From: Alphaproteobacteria bacterium
Lineage (GTDB): Bacteria > Pseudomonadota > Alphaproteobacteria > Reyranellales > Reyranellaceae
DNA: 47,908 nt
Assembly (NCBI GenBank): GCA_019239835.1
Contig: JAFAZJ010000108.1
Coordinates: 1-47,908 of the forward strand
Reading direction: 5' to 3'
The translations under genes were made by a program, and so were the position numbers. Shown here piece by piece: positions 16,815 through 25,432 of this stretch. The first letter of the stretch is position 1, and each line of letters opens with the position of its first letter. The notes below the pieces were generated by a model. It did not search any database and was not told where the DNA came from. It worked only from the letters and a program-made list of their open reading frames with translations.

Positions 16815-17748
16815 CCTCGAGCTGGGCGGCGAGCGCGGCCAGGCGTTGCGTCTGGCCGATCTGTGCCATCCAGCACCACAGCTCGAGCACGAAGTAGAGG
16901 TGATAGAGATTGAGCGTCTGCGAAACGTGCGCGCGCTCGATCGGTCCATAACCGTCGAGAAGGGCGCGCCTGGGCTCGTCGGTCAAATAGAACGCCGCCT
17001 TGGCGACATCCATCAGCGGATCGCCGGCCAGTGCGCCTTCGAAATCCACGACACCGGTAAGCCGCACGTCGCCGTCCGCCGTCGAGGCCAGCAGGTTGCC
17101 GGCGTGCAGATCGTTGTGGCAGAGGACCGCCTGTGTGCAGCCGCCGAACAGATGCGCGCGCGCCTCGACATGCCCTGATATCCGTCGCGCCAGGGCGGGC
17201 TCGCCACCGCGTTCAGCAAACTCCCGGAGTTTGCGTTGGAATTGATGGGTCATGTAGGCGTGATTGGTCGGATGGGGCGTCACGATGTCCTTGGCGCCGA
17301 TGTAGCCGAACGCCGTCATCGCAATGCGGTGGAACTCGCGCAGCAACCGGCCGATCTGCCTGTGCTCCGAGGCCCGCTGCGCTGGCGTGAAAGCGGTTTC
17401 GATCTGCCCCAGCACCAAGCCATCGAGCTTGGTCATCAACGTCCAATTCAGGCCGAGCAGCGTCTTTGAGTCGTCGGCGAGCAGGATGCGCGGCACGGCC
17501 ACGCTCAGCCGGTCGCGCACGAGGCCGGCGATCATGACCTCCTTCTGCATCTTCCAGTGCAAGGCGTCGGGGTAGATTTTCAGCACCAGCGGGCGATGGG
17601 CCGGATCTGCGAAGCTGATCTCGTGAATCGCCGCGAGCTCACCGCCATGGAGCCGCGATACTCCCGCGACCGCCTCGCCCGAGGCGACCCGGTCGACGAT
17701 CGCCTGCGCCGTCGCAACGGATACCTGCAAATCGGGCTTGAGCTGCAT
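16786..17748 (-). CDS. Phosphotransferase enzyme family protein (aminoglycoside phosphotransferase / choline-kinase fold)
   Basis: Contains the Brenner-like catalytic motif LCHNDLHAGNLL and the downstream VVDFEGALAGDP. Start chosen at MQLKPDL. Its 3' end overlaps the convergent hydrolase gene by 29 bp. Confidence 0.75.
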   Translation of the reverse strand: MQLKPDLQVSVATAQAIVDRVASGEAVAGVSRLHGGELAAIHEISFADPAHRPLVLKIYPDALHWKMQKEVMIAGLVRDRLSVAVPRILLADDSKTLLGLNWTLMTKLDGLVLGQIETAFTPAQRASEHRQIGRLLREFHRIAMTAFGYIGAKDIVTPHPTNHAYMTHQFQRKLREFAERGGEPALARRISGHVEARAHLFGGCTQAVLCHNDLHAGNLLASTADGDVRLTGVVDFEGALAGDPLMDVAKAAFYLTDEPRRALLDGYGPIERAHVSQTLNLYHLYFVLELWCWMAQIGQTQRLAALAAQLEASCASPARP

Positions 17749-17803
17749 CGCTACCTCTGGCGCGCGGCAGGTGTATAGTGCCGCATCCGCCCGGGAGGAA
17801 AGC

Positions 17804-18580
17804 ATGTCCGTCACCGCCCTCAAGAACGCCAAGTCGGTCCGCGAGCAGGTCAGTGCCGAGGAATGGCAGAAGCGCGTCGATCTCGCCGCCTGCTACCGCC
17901 TCGTCCACCTGTATGGAATGGACGAGATGATCGCCAACCACATCTCGACCCAGGTGCCGGGGGAGCCCGGCGTCTTCCTGCTCAATCCCTACGGCTACCT
18001 CTACGACCAGATGCACGCCTCGTGCTTCGTGAAGGTCGATTTCGACGGCAACACGCTGTTCGACCCGACCGGCCTTGGCCCCAACCGCGCCGGCTTCGTG
18101 ATCCATAGCGCGATCCACAAGGCGCGCCACGACGTCGACTGCGTGATCCACACGCACACGCTGGCCGGCATGGCGGTCTCGGCGATGAAGCAGGGCCTGA
18201 TGCCGCTGGCGCAGACGGCGATGCGCTTCATCGACATCGGCTACCACGACTACGAGGGGCCGGCGATCCGCATGGACGAGCAGAAGCGGCTGCAGGACAA
18301 CCTCGGCGATCGCGAGGTGATGATCCTCAAGAACCACGGGCTTCTTGCCGTGGGCCCGTCAATTCCCGAGGCCTTCAACAACATCTGGCGCCTGGAGCGC
18401 GCCTGCCAGCTGCAGGTGATGGCGCTGTCGTGCAACACCGAGCTGTCGCTGCCGCCGCGCGAGACCGTTGAGGCCTCAAACCACCTGTTCAAGCCCGGCG
18501 TGCGCCGCCGGCTGGGCCAGCTCGAGTGGCCGGCCCTGATGCGCAAGCTCGACGGCATCGACCCGTCGTACCGCGACTGA
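17804..18580 (+). CDS. Class II aldolase/adducin family protein
   Basis: GGGAGGAA precedes the ATG. Contains VIHTHT (metal His), NHGLLAVG and an N-terminal YRL..LYGM pattern. Confidence 0.85.
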   Translation: MSVTALKNAKSVREQVSAEEWQKRVDLAACYRLVHLYGMDEMIANHISTQVPGEPGVFLLNPYGYLYDQMHASCFVKVDFDGNTLFDPTGLGPNRAGFVIHSAIHKARHDVDCVIHTHTLAGMAVSAMKQGLMPLAQTAMRFIDIGYHDYEGPAIRMDEQKRLQDNLGDREVMILKNHGLLAVGPSIPEAFNNIWRLERACQLQVMALSCNTELSLPPRETVEASNHLFKPGVRRRLGQLEWPALMRKLDGIDPSYRD

Positions 18581-18739
18581 TTTCCTTCTCCCCGCGCAGG
18601 CGGGGAGAAGGTGCCCGAAGGGCGGATGAGGGGCTTCGCGATGGTGCAACTCGCGCCGTGGTCGTCGAGGGGCCGTAAGCCCCTCATCCACCTCGCTGGC
18701 GCTCGGCACCTTCTCCCCGCCTGCGCGGGGAGAAGGAAA
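18581..18739. repeat. Nested-palindrome intergenic element, family B copy 2
   Basis: Both termini, CCTTCTCCCCGCGCAGGCGGGGAGAAGG and CCTTCTCCCCGCCTGCGCGGGGAGAAGG, are self-complementary and inverted relative to each other. Inner arms are GGATGAGGGGC / GCCCCTCATCC. Confidence 0.85.
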
Positions 18740-19693
18740 GTGCTGCTCGGTGCGGTGGCGACGTTGATTGCTGGTCGTGCGTTCGCCCAGGACTCCTATC
18801 CCGAGCGCGCGATCAAGCTGGTCGTCGGCTATCCGCCGGGTGGGCCCAACGACCTGCTGGCGCGCATCCTCGCGCCCAAGCTCGGCGAGCTCTTGAAGCA
18901 GACTGTGGTGATCGACAACCGCGGCGGCTCCAACGGCGAGATCGCGGCAGCGGCGGTCGCGAAATCGCCGGCCGACGGCTACACGATCCTGTTCTCGTCC
19001 AATGGACCGGTGACGGTGTCGCCGGCGCTGGGGCGCAAGCTGCCCTACGACCCGGCGGCCGAGCTCACCGCCATCATGCCCATCGGCATCAGCCCGATGC
19101 TGCTGGTGGTGCGGCCCGACCTGCCGGCCAAGGACGTGAAAGAGGTCATCGCGCTGGCCAAGGCGCGACCGGGCAAGCTCAACGGCGCCTCGGCCGGCAC
19201 CGGCGGCATGACGCATCTTGGCCTGGAGCTCTTCAAGTCGATGGCCGGCCTCGACATCGTGCATGTGCCCTACAAGGGCGGCGGGCCGGCGATGACCGAC
19301 CTGATGGCAGGCCAGGTCGACATTTATTTCGGTGGCGTACCCACGGCGCTGCCGCATGCGCGCTCCGGCAAGCCGCGCGGGCTCGCGGTGACCAGCCTCA
19401 CGCGTCTCGCCGGGGCGCCCGACATCCCGACATTGAACGAGAGCGGGCTGAGCGGCTTCGACGCCGGCATCTGGTATGGCGTGTTCGGACCGCCGAACCT
19501 GCCGGCGCCGGTACTGGCGAAGCTGCGGGCGGCGTTCACGACCGCCATGGCCGATGCCGACGTGAAGCGCTACTTCGTCGAGAACGCCGTCGACTCGCTG
19601 CCGACCACGCCCGAGCGCTTCGCCCAGTTCGCGGCCCAGGACTTCATCAAGTGGCAGGACCTCGCCAAGCGCGCCAATATCACGGCTGAATGA
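18740..19693 (+). CDS. Tripartite tricarboxylate transporter substrate-binding protein (Bug/TctC family)
   Basis: Contains YPERAIKLVVGYPPGG..D..AR, NRGGSNG, HVPYKGGGPA and IWYGVFGP. The start is uncertain: GTG 18740 has GGAG 7 nt upstream inside the repeat, and an alternative ATG at 18650 would translate repeat sequence. Confidence 0.82.
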   Translation: MLLGAVATLIAGRAFAQDSYPERAIKLVVGYPPGGPNDLLARILAPKLGELLKQTVVIDNRGGSNGEIAAAAVAKSPADGYTILFSSNGPVTVSPALGRKLPYDPAAELTAIMPIGISPMLLVVRPDLPAKDVKEVIALAKARPGKLNGASAGTGGMTHLGLELFKSMAGLDIVHVPYKGGGPAMTDLMAGQVDIYFGGVPTALPHARSGKPRGLAVTSLTRLAGAPDIPTLNESGLSGFDAGIWYGVFGPPNLPAPVLAKLRAAFTTAMADADVKRYFVENAVDSLPTTPERFAQFAAQDFIKWQDLAKRANITAE

Positions 19694-19748
19694 GTCACTG
19701 TTCCCCCGGGGACAGCCGCGTCCGCTCGATCCATGCTTTGAAAGCACC

Positions 19749-20972
19749 ATGACCGACGCCGCCATCAGCCGCTCCAGCGCCGTTCCGCAAGCCGCCGCGA
19801 TCTATCTCGCGATCGTGCAGTTCTTCTTCGCCATCGGCTGGTCGGTCTACGTGATCTTCCTGCCCAAGCTGCTCGAGCAGGCTGGCCTGCCCAAGACCAT
19901 CGCCATCTGGATCCTCGCCGCCGACCAGGTCGCCTTCATGCTGTCCGACCTGATCATCGGCGTGTGGATCGATCGCGTGCGCACGACCTTGCGCCGGCTG
20001 GGCCCGACGATCGCGGCCCTGACGGCGATCTCATGCCTGGCCTTCCTGCTGATGCCGCAGGTGGTGCGGCTGGGGAAGGGCACGGCCGAGGTGGCGCTGA
20101 TCGTCGCGCTGCTGGTGTGGACGACGACGTCCTCGGCGCTGCGCGTGCCGCCGCTGGTGATCCTCGGCAATCACACCGCCAAGCCGCGCCTGCCGCTGGT
20201 GCTGGCGCTGAACCTCAGCGGCCTGGCGCTGGGCGGCGCGATCTCGCCTTATCTCGGCGTAGTGCTGCGCGACATGGATCCGCGGCTGCCGTTCGCGATC
20301 TCCAGCATCGTGCTGCTGGCGACGACCGCCGGCCTGGTCTGGGTCGAGCGCGCGCTGGCGCGATCGCCGGATGCACCATCATCGGACACGCCGACGGCGC
20401 CGGTGCACGGCTCGGGTGGCGCGATGCTGTTCTTCATCGCCATGGCGATCGCCGCACTGGGCTTTCAGCTGCACTTCTTCGTCAACTCGGCGCCGAACTA
20501 CCTGCGCTTCGCCAAGCCCGGCGACCTCGACATGCTGATGCCGGTGTTCTGGATCGGCTTCAACATCGGGATGTTCCCCGCGGGCTCGTTCACCAAGCGC
20601 TTCGGCACCCTGCACGTGATGGCACTGGCCGCGGTGCTCGGCGTCGTCGGCATCGCCGGCAGCATCCTGGCGACCAACCTCTCGATGCTGATCGCCGCGC
20701 AGTTCATCGCCGGATGCGCCTGGGGCGCGGTGTTCGTCTCGGCTTTCTCCGCCGCCTCGTCGCTGGGCTCGCCCGGCCGTGTCGGCATCGCCATGGCGAT
20801 CCTGTGGGCCGTGCTGGCGCTGGCGACGCTGGGCCGCATGATGATGGTCGGCGGCGGCGTCACGCGCATGCCCGACATGGGCGCGGTCATCGCCTGGGGG
20901 CCGGCGGTCGCTTGGCTGTTCGGTGGCCTGACCCTGGCGCAGGCGGCCCGGGTGCTGCGCGCGCGGGCCTGA
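19749..20972 (+). CDS. MFS-type membrane transporter
   Basis: It is polytopic and hydrophobic throughout, with about 12 predicted helices. The shadow ORFs on both strands are rejected. Confidence 0.75.
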   Translation: MTDAAISRSSAVPQAAAIYLAIVQFFFAIGWSVYVIFLPKLLEQAGLPKTIAIWILAADQVAFMLSDLIIGVWIDRVRTTLRRLGPTIAALTAISCLAFLLMPQVVRLGKGTAEVALIVALLVWTTTSSALRVPPLVILGNHTAKPRLPLVLALNLSGLALGGAISPYLGVVLRDMDPRLPFAISSIVLLATTAGLVWVERALARSPDAPSSDTPTAPVHGSGGAMLFFIAMAIAALGFQLHFFVNSAPNYLRFAKPGDLDMLMPVFWIGFNIGMFPAGSFTKRFGTLHVMALAAVLGVVGIAGSILATNLSMLIAAQFIAGCAWGAVFVSAFSAASSLGSPGRVGIAMAILWAVLALATLGRMMMVGGGVTRMPDMGAVIAWGPAVAWLFGGLTLAQAARVLRARA

Positions 20973-20975
20973 TCC

Positions 20976-21737
20976 TTACTGCCGCCAGTCGATGCCCTTG
21001 CCTTCAATCTGGCGCAGCGCGGCGTTCCAATAGGTCAGGCCGTAGTCGGGGTGGGCGCGCATCTGCCGCGCGCGTTCGCCGTACTGGCGGATGACGTCGG
21101 GCTCGATCGGCGCCGGCTCCTCGTCGAGCCCGCGGGCGATCACCTCGACCTCGCAGGCGCGCTCCAGCATGTACATGCGGCGCAGCGCACCGGGGATGGT
21201 GGCGCCGACGGTGAGCAGGCCGTGGTTGCGCAGCACCACCGAGTTGCCGTGCTGGCAGGTCACGCCCAGCGACTCGCATTCCTCGACCGAGGTCGGCATG
21301 CCGTACTCGTGGTAGACGAGGTCGTCGTAGATCGACAGCGTGTCCTGGCTGATCGGCCGCAGGCCCTGCTTCAGCACCGACACGCCGGTGCCGGCGCGGG
21401 TGTGGGTGTGCATGACGCAATTGGCGTCGGGCCGCGCCTTGTAGACGCCGCTATGGATGGTGAAGCCGGCGGCGTTGAAGCGGCCGTCCTTGGCGTAGAC
21501 GTTGCCGTCGAGATCCATCTTCACCAGGCTCGAGGCGGTGATCTCGTGGAACAGGTCGCCGTAGTTGTTGATCAGGAAGCACTTGGGCTCGCCGGGGATG
21601 CGCGCCGTCATGTGCGTATCGATCGTGTCGGTCCAGTTGTACATGTCGCTGATGCGATAGAGCGCCGCGAGGTCGCAGCGCGCCTGCCACTCGGCGTCGC
21701 TCATGTCGGCGCGGGTCTGCTGGATGACCGTGTCCAT
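20976..21737 (-). CDS. Class II aldolase/adducin family protein (paralogue of 17804-18580)
   Basis: Start is MDTVIQQTRADMSDAEWQ. Contains VMHTHT and NHGLLTVG and is collinear with the other copy. Confidence 0.85.
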   Translation of the reverse strand: MDTVIQQTRADMSDAEWQARCDLAALYRISDMYNWTDTIDTHMTARIPGEPKCFLINNYGDLFHEITASSLVKMDLDGNVYAKDGRFNAAGFTIHSGVYKARPDANCVMHTHTRAGTGVSVLKQGLRPISQDTLSIYDDLVYHEYGMPTSVEECESLGVTCQHGNSVVLRNHGLLTVGATIPGALRRMYMLERACEVEVIARGLDEEPAPIEPDVIRQYGERARQMRAHPDYGLTYWNAALRQIEGKGIDWRQ

Positions 21738-21796
21738 CGAACACTCCCTTTGATCGGGGAAGATTGTCACCGGAGCCTGCAAATGGCGAGCCATGT

Positions 21797-22804
21797 TCAC
21801 CGCAGTGCAGGCATGACCTCACGGGCGAACAACCCGACCGAGCGGGCCGATTCCTCGAACGACAGATCGCCGAAGGCCATGCGGCACAGGCAGTAATTGA
21901 TGCCCGCCGTGTCGTTGTCACGGCGCATGCGGTCGCGGACCGTCGCGGGCGAGCCGGCGACGATATAACCGCCCGCCAGAGCCTCCTCGAAGGCCGCTGG
22001 GATCATCTGCCGCGGCAGGCCGACGCCGTGGGCGCGCCACAGATGGATCAGCGCGTCGTACCACAGCAGGAAGCCGCGCTTGGCGATCGCCTGGGCCTCG
22101 CGGTCGCTATCGGCGACGAAGATGTGACGGCTGATGCCCAGGCGCGGCAGGTCCTTCAGGTCGCGCCCCGCCGCCTGCCAGACGGCGCGGTACTTGTCGG
22201 TGAAGCCGCGCACGGAGGTCGGGTTCATGCCGATGACAGCGTTGATGCCGTCCTTGGCCAGCCGCTCGGCGTGGTCGAAGCTGTTGGCGCCGTACCACAG
22301 GGGCGGGTGCGGGCGCTGCACGGGATGCAGCTCCATCGGCACGTCCTTGTAGGTGAAGTATTGGCCCTCGTAGCTCAGCGACGGCGTGGTCAGGCCCTTG
22401 AGGATCACCGCATAGGCTTCGGCGAAACGCTGCGGGCCGGTCGCGGGGTCGACGCCGTAGTAGCCGACCTCGTAAGGGCTGATGCCGCGACCGATGCCCA
22501 GCTCGAGGCGGCCGTTGCTGAGCTGGTCGAGCATGCAGATCTCGTCGATCAGCCGCAGCGGGTGATAGAGGTTGAGCGTGTAGACCAGCGGACCGAAGCG
22601 CAGCGTCGTGGTGCGTTGTGCGACAGCGGCGAGGAAGACGCTGGGCGAGGGCGCCATGCCCAGCGGTGTCGCGTGGTGCTCGGCGACGTGATAGGCGCGG
22701 AAGCCTGATTTTTCGTAGAGCTCGATCAGCTTCAGCCGGCTCTCGAACTGCGCGCCCAGCGAGCCGCCGGCGCGGTCCATGTGATCGAAGACGCCGAACT
22801 CCAT
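21797..22804 (-). CDS. LLM-class flavin-dependent oxidoreductase (luciferase-like monooxygenase)
   Basis: Start is MEFGVFDHMD. Contains AYHVAEHH, SNGRLELGIGRG and PPLWYG, which are typical of the family. Confidence 0.85.
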   Translation of the reverse strand: MEFGVFDHMDRAGGSLGAQFESRLKLIELYEKSGFRAYHVAEHHATPLGMAPSPSVFLAAVAQRTTTLRFGPLVYTLNLYHPLRLIDEICMLDQLSNGRLELGIGRGISPYEVGYYGVDPATGPQRFAEAYAVILKGLTTPSLSYEGQYFTYKDVPMELHPVQRPHPPLWYGANSFDHAERLAKDGINAVIGMNPTSVRGFTDKYRAVWQAAGRDLKDLPRLGISRHIFVADSDREAQAIAKRGFLLWYDALIHLWRAHGVGLPRQMIPAAFEEALAGGYIVAGSPATVRDRMRRDNDTAGINYCLCRMAFGDLSFEESARSVGLFAREVMPALR

Positions 22805-22869
22805 CACGCGTTTCCTTCCCGTCCTTCTTGGGCCGGGAGACTGCCCGTTCGTGGCCGTACGGGCAACGC

Positions 22870-24747
22870 CTAGGGTGTGATCGGCAGAACGCCCGCGGCC
22901 GGCCTCAGATCGTAGAGCCCGATCGGCTGGCGGCGATCCTGCCAGGGGTCGAGTCCGCGCCACAGCGACGGCTCAACGCGCGTGCCGTTGGCGCGCACCC
23001 AGGCGATGAAGCCGCGCCGGCGATCCTCGTCGCCCGTGCCCAGCCCGAAGCTCCCCTGGCCGCTCAGCACGACGAAGCGCACCTCGCCACGCTTGATCAT
23101 CTTGGCCAGCTCATCCTGCGTGAGGATCGGATCGGTGCCCATGAAGCCGCCAAAGGCCATCACCGGCAGGCCCGTGCGCACGATCACCGGCGCGGCCAGT
23201 CGCGCGTTGGGCGTAGCGAGCGCAAACCGCTCGCCGCGATGATTGGCTTCGAGGAAGGCCAGCAGGCGTGGATCGTCGGTGGCCACCGGAAAGCGCGTGG
23301 CGCCCGTGTTGCGCGTGCGGTCGAAGGGCTCGACGACGCGGCCCAGACTCGCCGAGGGCAGCATGACGTTGCCGGTCGACAGCGCCGAGCTCACCGCCCA
23401 GGCGGCTGGCAGTATCAACAGCCCGGCGAAAGCCCAGCGCGAGATACGCAACGATGCCAGCACCGTGCCGATGGCGAGCGCCCCCAGCAGCAGGGTGGGC
23501 ACATCGTCGATGCGCCACTTCGCGAGATCGACGCCGATGTAGGCCTGCCAGGCAGCGGTGGCGACGATCGCAAGCGGCAGCGCCCAACGCTGCGATGCCG
23601 ACCACACGGACACGAGGCCGATCGCGGCCAGCGCCGCCACGGGAGGTCCAAGCACCGCAAGGTAATAGGCGTGGAAGATGCCGCCGGCGGCGCTGAAGAC
23701 GATGCCGTAGGTCAACGCCCAGCCGCCGTACAGCAGCAGCGACGCGTGATCGCGTGCCAGTGGCCATGCCAGCTTGGTCCGTCGTGCCGCGAAGACGGCG
23801 CCGATCGCCGCCAGCGGCAGCAGCCAGGCGAATTGACCGGCGAGATGGCGATCGGCCAGACGCAACGGTCCCACCGGCACCGTGTCGGATACGCGCCAGC
23901 CCATCCTTTGCGCGGGCGTCGGCTGCGTGACGCTGGGCTCCGTCGCCGGTGGCGGTCGCGGCGTGCGGCGCGTCAGGCGCACGAAGCGCTCGATGCCGTT
24001 GTGGCCGACGACCAGCTCGACCATCGAGTTGGCATGGCTGCTGCCGGCATAGGGGCGCTGCTCGTTGGGCACGAGATCGAAGATCACCACCCAGGACAGC
24101 GATACGACGATCAGCGCCACGCCACTCACCGCGAGGTGCGCGATGCGGCGCCAGAACGGCACCGGTGCGGCGGCGAAGTAGGTCAGTGCCAGGATCGGCA
24201 CGATGCCCAGCGCCACGAGCATCTTCACGTTGAAGGCGATTCCTGCCAGCGCCATCGCGCCCGATATGCGCCCAGCACTCGGCCGTTCGATCGCGTTCAG
24301 TGTGGCCCAGGCGGCCAGCACCAGGAACAGCACCAGCGCGCTGTCGGTGTTGTTGCTGCGGTCGATGGCGACGGCGACAGGCATCAACGCCAGGAACAAA
24401 GCCGCCAGCAGGCCGGCCGCTTCGCCGAAATGCCGGCGCACGAGGTGGCGCAGGACGGCGACCGCCAGCAAGCCCTCGACCACCTGCGGCAGCAGCAGGC
24501 TCAGGCCGCTATAGCCGAAGACCCACGCGCTTGCGGCCTGGATCCAGAACGCCACCGGCGGCTTGTCGAGGGTGACGAAGCCCGCCGGATCGAAGCTGTT
24601 GAAGAAGAACAGGTGCCAGCTCTCCAGCATGCTGCGCACGCCGGCCGCGTAGTATTCGGTGCCGAAGCCATTCTCATCCAGCCGCCAGACGCGCAGGAAG
24701 GCGCCCAGCAGCAGGGTCGCGATGAAGGCTGGAGTGTTGAACCGCAC
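22870..24747 (-). CDS. Glycosyltransferase family 39 protein (ArnT / PMT-like membrane glycosyltransferase)
   Basis: The N-terminal first-loop motif reads FDPAGFVTLDKPPVAFW. There are more than 10 TM segments and a soluble C-terminal domain. Confidence 0.8.
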   Translation of the reverse strand: MRFNTPAFIATLLLGAFLRVWRLDENGFGTEYYAAGVRSMLESWHLFFFNSFDPAGFVTLDKPPVAFWIQAASAWVFGYSGLSLLLPQVVEGLLAVAVLRHLVRRHFGEAAGLLAALFLALMPVAVAIDRSNNTDSALVLFLVLAAWATLNAIERPSAGRISGAMALAGIAFNVKMLVALGIVPILALTYFAAAPVPFWRRIAHLAVSGVALIVVSLSWVVIFDLVPNEQRPYAGSSHANSMVELVVGHNGIERFVRLTRRTPRPPPATEPSVTQPTPAQRMGWRVSDTVPVGPLRLADRHLAGQFAWLLPLAAIGAVFAARRTKLAWPLARDHASLLLYGGWALTYGIVFSAAGGIFHAYYLAVLGPPVAALAAIGLVSVWSASQRWALPLAIVATAAWQAYIGVDLAKWRIDDVPTLLLGALAIGTVLASLRISRWAFAGLLILPAAWAVSSALSTGNVMLPSASLGRVVEPFDRTRNTGATRFPVATDDPRLLAFLEANHRGERFALATPNARLAAPVIVRTGLPVMAFGGFMGTDPILTQDELAKMIKRGEVRFVVLSGQGSFGLGTGDEDRRRGFIAWVRANGTRVEPSLWRGLDPWQDRRQPIGLYDLRPAAGVLPITP

Positions 24748-24827
24748 GCTCGACGCATCGCCCAGATGTTGCGTCGCGCCAAGCTTTGTCGTGTATCAGT
24801 ATGTGTTCGCGGCTGAAGGCAAGCTGA

Positions 24828-25313
24828 CTACAGCTTGCGCTTCTTGCTGCTGATCACGCCCGAGGCGATGCCGTGCCACTCGAGCTTGCCGACCAGGCGG
24901 CTGTGCTCGATCTTGGGGCAGCGGTTCATCACCACGCGCAGGCCGGCATCCTCGGCGCGCTTCGCCGCGTCATCATTGCGGATGGTGAGCTGCATCCAGA
25001 TCACCTTGGCGCCGTGCTTGATGGCGTCGTCGGTAATCGGCCCGGCGGCTGCGCTGTTGCGGAAGATGTCGACCATGTCGACCTTCTCCGGCAGCTCCTC
25101 GAGCGAGGCATAGGTCTTCTGGCCGAGGATCTCCTGGCCGGCGGCCGAGGGATTCACCGGATAGACGCGGTAGCCCTGGTCGAGCAGGTACTTCATGGCG
25201 AAGTAGCTCGGCCGGTTCCAGTTGGCCGACGCGCCCACCATGGCGATGCTTTTGACGTCGCGCAGCACCTGGCGCATGTAGGAATCGGGGTAATGGTCGT
25301 GGTCGACGGACAT
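24828..25313 (-). CDS. CoA-binding protein (YccU-like)
   Basis: Contains IAMVGASANWNRPSY...GYRVYPVNP...VDMVDIFR...GAKVIWMQ, the CoA-binding Rossmann-like domain. Confidence 0.85.
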   Translation of the reverse strand: MSVDHDHYPDSYMRQVLRDVKSIAMVGASANWNRPSYFAMKYLLDQGYRVYPVNPSAAGQEILGQKTYASLEELPEKVDMVDIFRNSAAAGPITDDAIKHGAKVIWMQLTIRNDDAAKRAEDAGLRVVMNRCPKIEHSRLVGKLEWHGIASGVISSKKRKL

Positions 25314-25330
25314 GGGTCGACTATACGGCC

Positions 25331-25432
25331 CCCGTCATTCCAAAACGACCCCCGTCATTCCGAGCGTAGCGAGTAATCTCCTCGAAACGGGACTCCATCG
25401 CCAAGAGATTCCTCGCTACGCTCGGCATGACG
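25331..25432. repeat. Family A palindromic repeat (copy 2, long-loop variant with an extra partial arm)
   Basis: CCGTCATTCCGAGCGTAGCGAGTAATCTC ... GAGATTCCTCGCTACGCTCGGCATGACGG. An extra CCCGTCATTCC half-arm lies at 25331-25341. The element sits in a divergent intergenic region. Confidence 0.85.

Noticed and set aside
14475-16949. An 824-aa ORF on the minus strand, the longest in the track
   Set aside because: It runs antisense to two well-supported MetX-like hydrolase genes and the small ORF. The translation is Arg/Ala/Gly/His-rich with no recognisable domain. This is a typical GC-rich shadow ORF.
22618-24816. A 732-aa plus-strand ORF
   Set aside because: It is antisense to the GT39 membrane glycosyltransferase, which has clear TM and motif structure. 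The translation is extremely Arg/Gln/His-rich. This is a shadow ORF.
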